Below, in pieces: positions 62,030 through 64,000 of a stretch of DNA of 64,000 bases. The notes below the pieces were generated by a model that was given only the letters and a program-made list of their open reading frames with translations, had not been told where the DNA came from and did not search any database. The translations under genes were made by a program, and so were the position numbers. This DNA comes from Malacoraja senta (taxonomy: Eukaryota). Every line of letters begins with the position of its first letter. The first letter of the stretch is position 1. Where the stretch lies: positions 1 through 64,000 of the forward strand of contig JAXLNO010000539.1 in assembly GCA_038087875.1 (NCBI GenBank), given 5' to 3'.

Positions 62030-63340
62030 CTTTCCTCTTGTAGCTGGTGATTTCTTGCAAACCCTTCCAAACTGAAGAAGTCACTTGCTGAGAACTTCTC
62101 AGAGTACCTTTCCTTGGCAGCTCCGATTCCTCTTCTCAGCTGGTACTTTGCCTGCCTGTAGAGGTCTGCGTCCCTGCTCCTGTAGGCCTTCTCTTTAGAC
62201 TGGCGGAGCTGTCTGAGTTCTGCTGTAAAGCTGACATATGATGATACAGTGTCTGTATACTCATCGAGGCTTGTGGTTGCTTCCCTGTACACATTCCACT
62301 CGGTGCAGTCAAAGCAGGACTGTAGGTTTTCAATGCCCTCGCTTGTCCACCTTTTTGTTGTTCTGACCACTGGCTTAGCAGTTTAGTTTCTGCCTGCAGG
62401 TCGGAATAAGGTGAACTAAACAATAATCAGAGACCCAGAGCCGCCCGGGGAACAGAGCGATATGCGTTCTTGATTGAAGTGTAACAGTGGTCAAGTGTTC
62501 TCTCCCCTCTGATGGGGCAGGTAACATAAAGTCTGTACTTCGGAAGGTCTCGGCTGTGGTAAGCTTTGTTAAAGTCCCCCAAAACAATGACCATGGAGTC
62601 CGGAAAGTCACTCTCTACCCTCATTACCTGGTCAACGAGTTGCGTTTGTGCCTCACGTACGGACAGGGGGGGGTATGTAAACTCCAGCGAGAATAAAAGA
62701 GTTAAATTCCCTCGGAGAGTAGAAGGGTTTGCAGTTTATAAAGGATTCTAGGTTGGGAGAGCAGAAGTTTGACATTACCGTGATGTCACTGCACCAGTCC
62801 TGGATGGTACAGAAGCATATCCCACCGCCTCTTGATTTCACCGCTGCCTCCACTTCGCGGTCTGCTCTGTGATGTTGGAAGCCAGCCAGTTGCAGCGCGC
62901 TGTCCGGGGTCGACTCACACAGCCAGGTCTCGGTGAAACGCAAGGCAGCAGCTTGAGAAAAATCCTTGTTTGTCCAGCGCAGGAGTTGCAGTTCGTCCAC
63001 TTTGTTATTGAGAGAACGTACGTTTGCCAGGAATATGCTTGGGAGTGGTGTGCGTGATCCTCGTTGCCGGAGTCGAGTGAGTGCTCCAGAACGCTTCTCA
63101 CGGGTCCTCCTCCATCTCAAGACCTTGTACGCAGCCACAGCCCCGCTGACGAGTATGTCCAAGTAATCCAGCGAGTGAGGGAAATCCGGAACGATGTTTG
63201 GAGGTACCGTATGTCCGATGTTAATGAGTACCTCTCTCCTGAAAGTGATCTTTGTAGGGTTTTCACAGACGGCACAAACGAACAAGCACATACAAAACAG
63301 CAAGGAGCAGTACGCCGTGGCAGCCATCGTCAGCACCACA
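61882..63340 (-). mobile_element. Rex/Babar LINE 5' region with APE endonuclease remnant
   Basis: PLPSIFLANVRSL, FTETWL, GGGICF, VYIPP, LGDFN, TLDHCY. Confidence 0.9.
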
Positions 63341-64000
63341 CTGTGCCTTCCCCTTTGCTCTATCTATTGAACTGATTGTATCTTTGTATGGCATATCTGA
63401 TCTGTTTGGAATGCATGCAAAACAAAGCTTTTCACTGTACCTCAGTACATGTGACAATAATAAACCTAAACCTAAATCTAAAATCTCAAAACTGACGAAC
63501 TGAAGTAAAAAACAATTGTTTCACGAATGTCATTGAGGGGAGGAAAGCAGCTTGGCCCATTTGCAACTTCAAAGCCAGAGTAATGTTTCTTGGGAGTTAT
63601 ATGTACTCATTCCAGAGCTCCACACAACACCAGTTGAAATTTATAAGGCAGCTGATTTCCATCTACAGCTTAAAAGAATTACCAGAAGTATTGAAAACAC
63701 AGAATGCACTGGGGACTTCAATGCCATGAACAAAGTGCGGCTGAAGCAGCGTTTTGCCAGACTAGGTGTTCTGCAAGTGGCGAGAGCATAAATACACGAG
63801 GTTACACTACTTGGTATTGTTCTCATCAATCTACCTGCAGCAAATGCATCCGTCCGTGAAAGCAGTGATAAGAACACAGCACTAAGCAGACAAAGTGGCT
63901 CCTTTATATCAAAGGCACCTTCTATTGTGCTGCATGGCACCACTACCCAGGGCAGATCTTAGAGTCAGAGTGTTACAGCATGGAACCAGGCTCTTCGGCC

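Noticed and set aside
63552..63943. Short ORFs, one containing GDFNA
   Set aside because: At most an old LINE endonuclease trace; too little to call

Overview
Repeat-dense vertebrate genomic DNA, most likely from a cartilaginous fish (skate/ray-like). The organism call is inferred from HE1/V-type tRNA SINEs with CR1 tails plus Rex-Babar, Penelope and Tx1 relics. Two convergent genes are visible. (1) POLR2G (RPB7) lies on the minus strand: coding exons 2-8 were recovered by hand at 60620..38912, all with GT-AG boundaries, and exon 1 lies beyond the window. (2) An unidentified plus-strand spliced gene starts in a CpG island at ~1.2-2.15 kb, with frame-consistent exons at 19698-19740, 21096-21293, 24099-24239, 27662-27784 and probably 29766-29849. 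Its first intron holds a 6.0 kb class I endogenous retrovirus with ~98% identical LTRs, a 4-bp TSD and a perfect tRNA-Pro PBS. The provirus lacks recognisable pro/RT, carries two different integrase tails and a captured, strongly C-depleted CR1 segment, so it looks like a chimeric non-autonomous element. Many Penelope-derived termini carry a minimal hammerhead-ribozyme core, some as near-perfect palindromes. A bipartite RTE element begins with a pseudoknot-like leader. Also present: DNA transposons (PIF/Harbinger, hAT including one with a 5-bp TSD, Tc1), several tandem arrays and a 200-N assembly gap. Almost all ORF-track entries are repeat artefacts. All calls are by eye; no database search was run.
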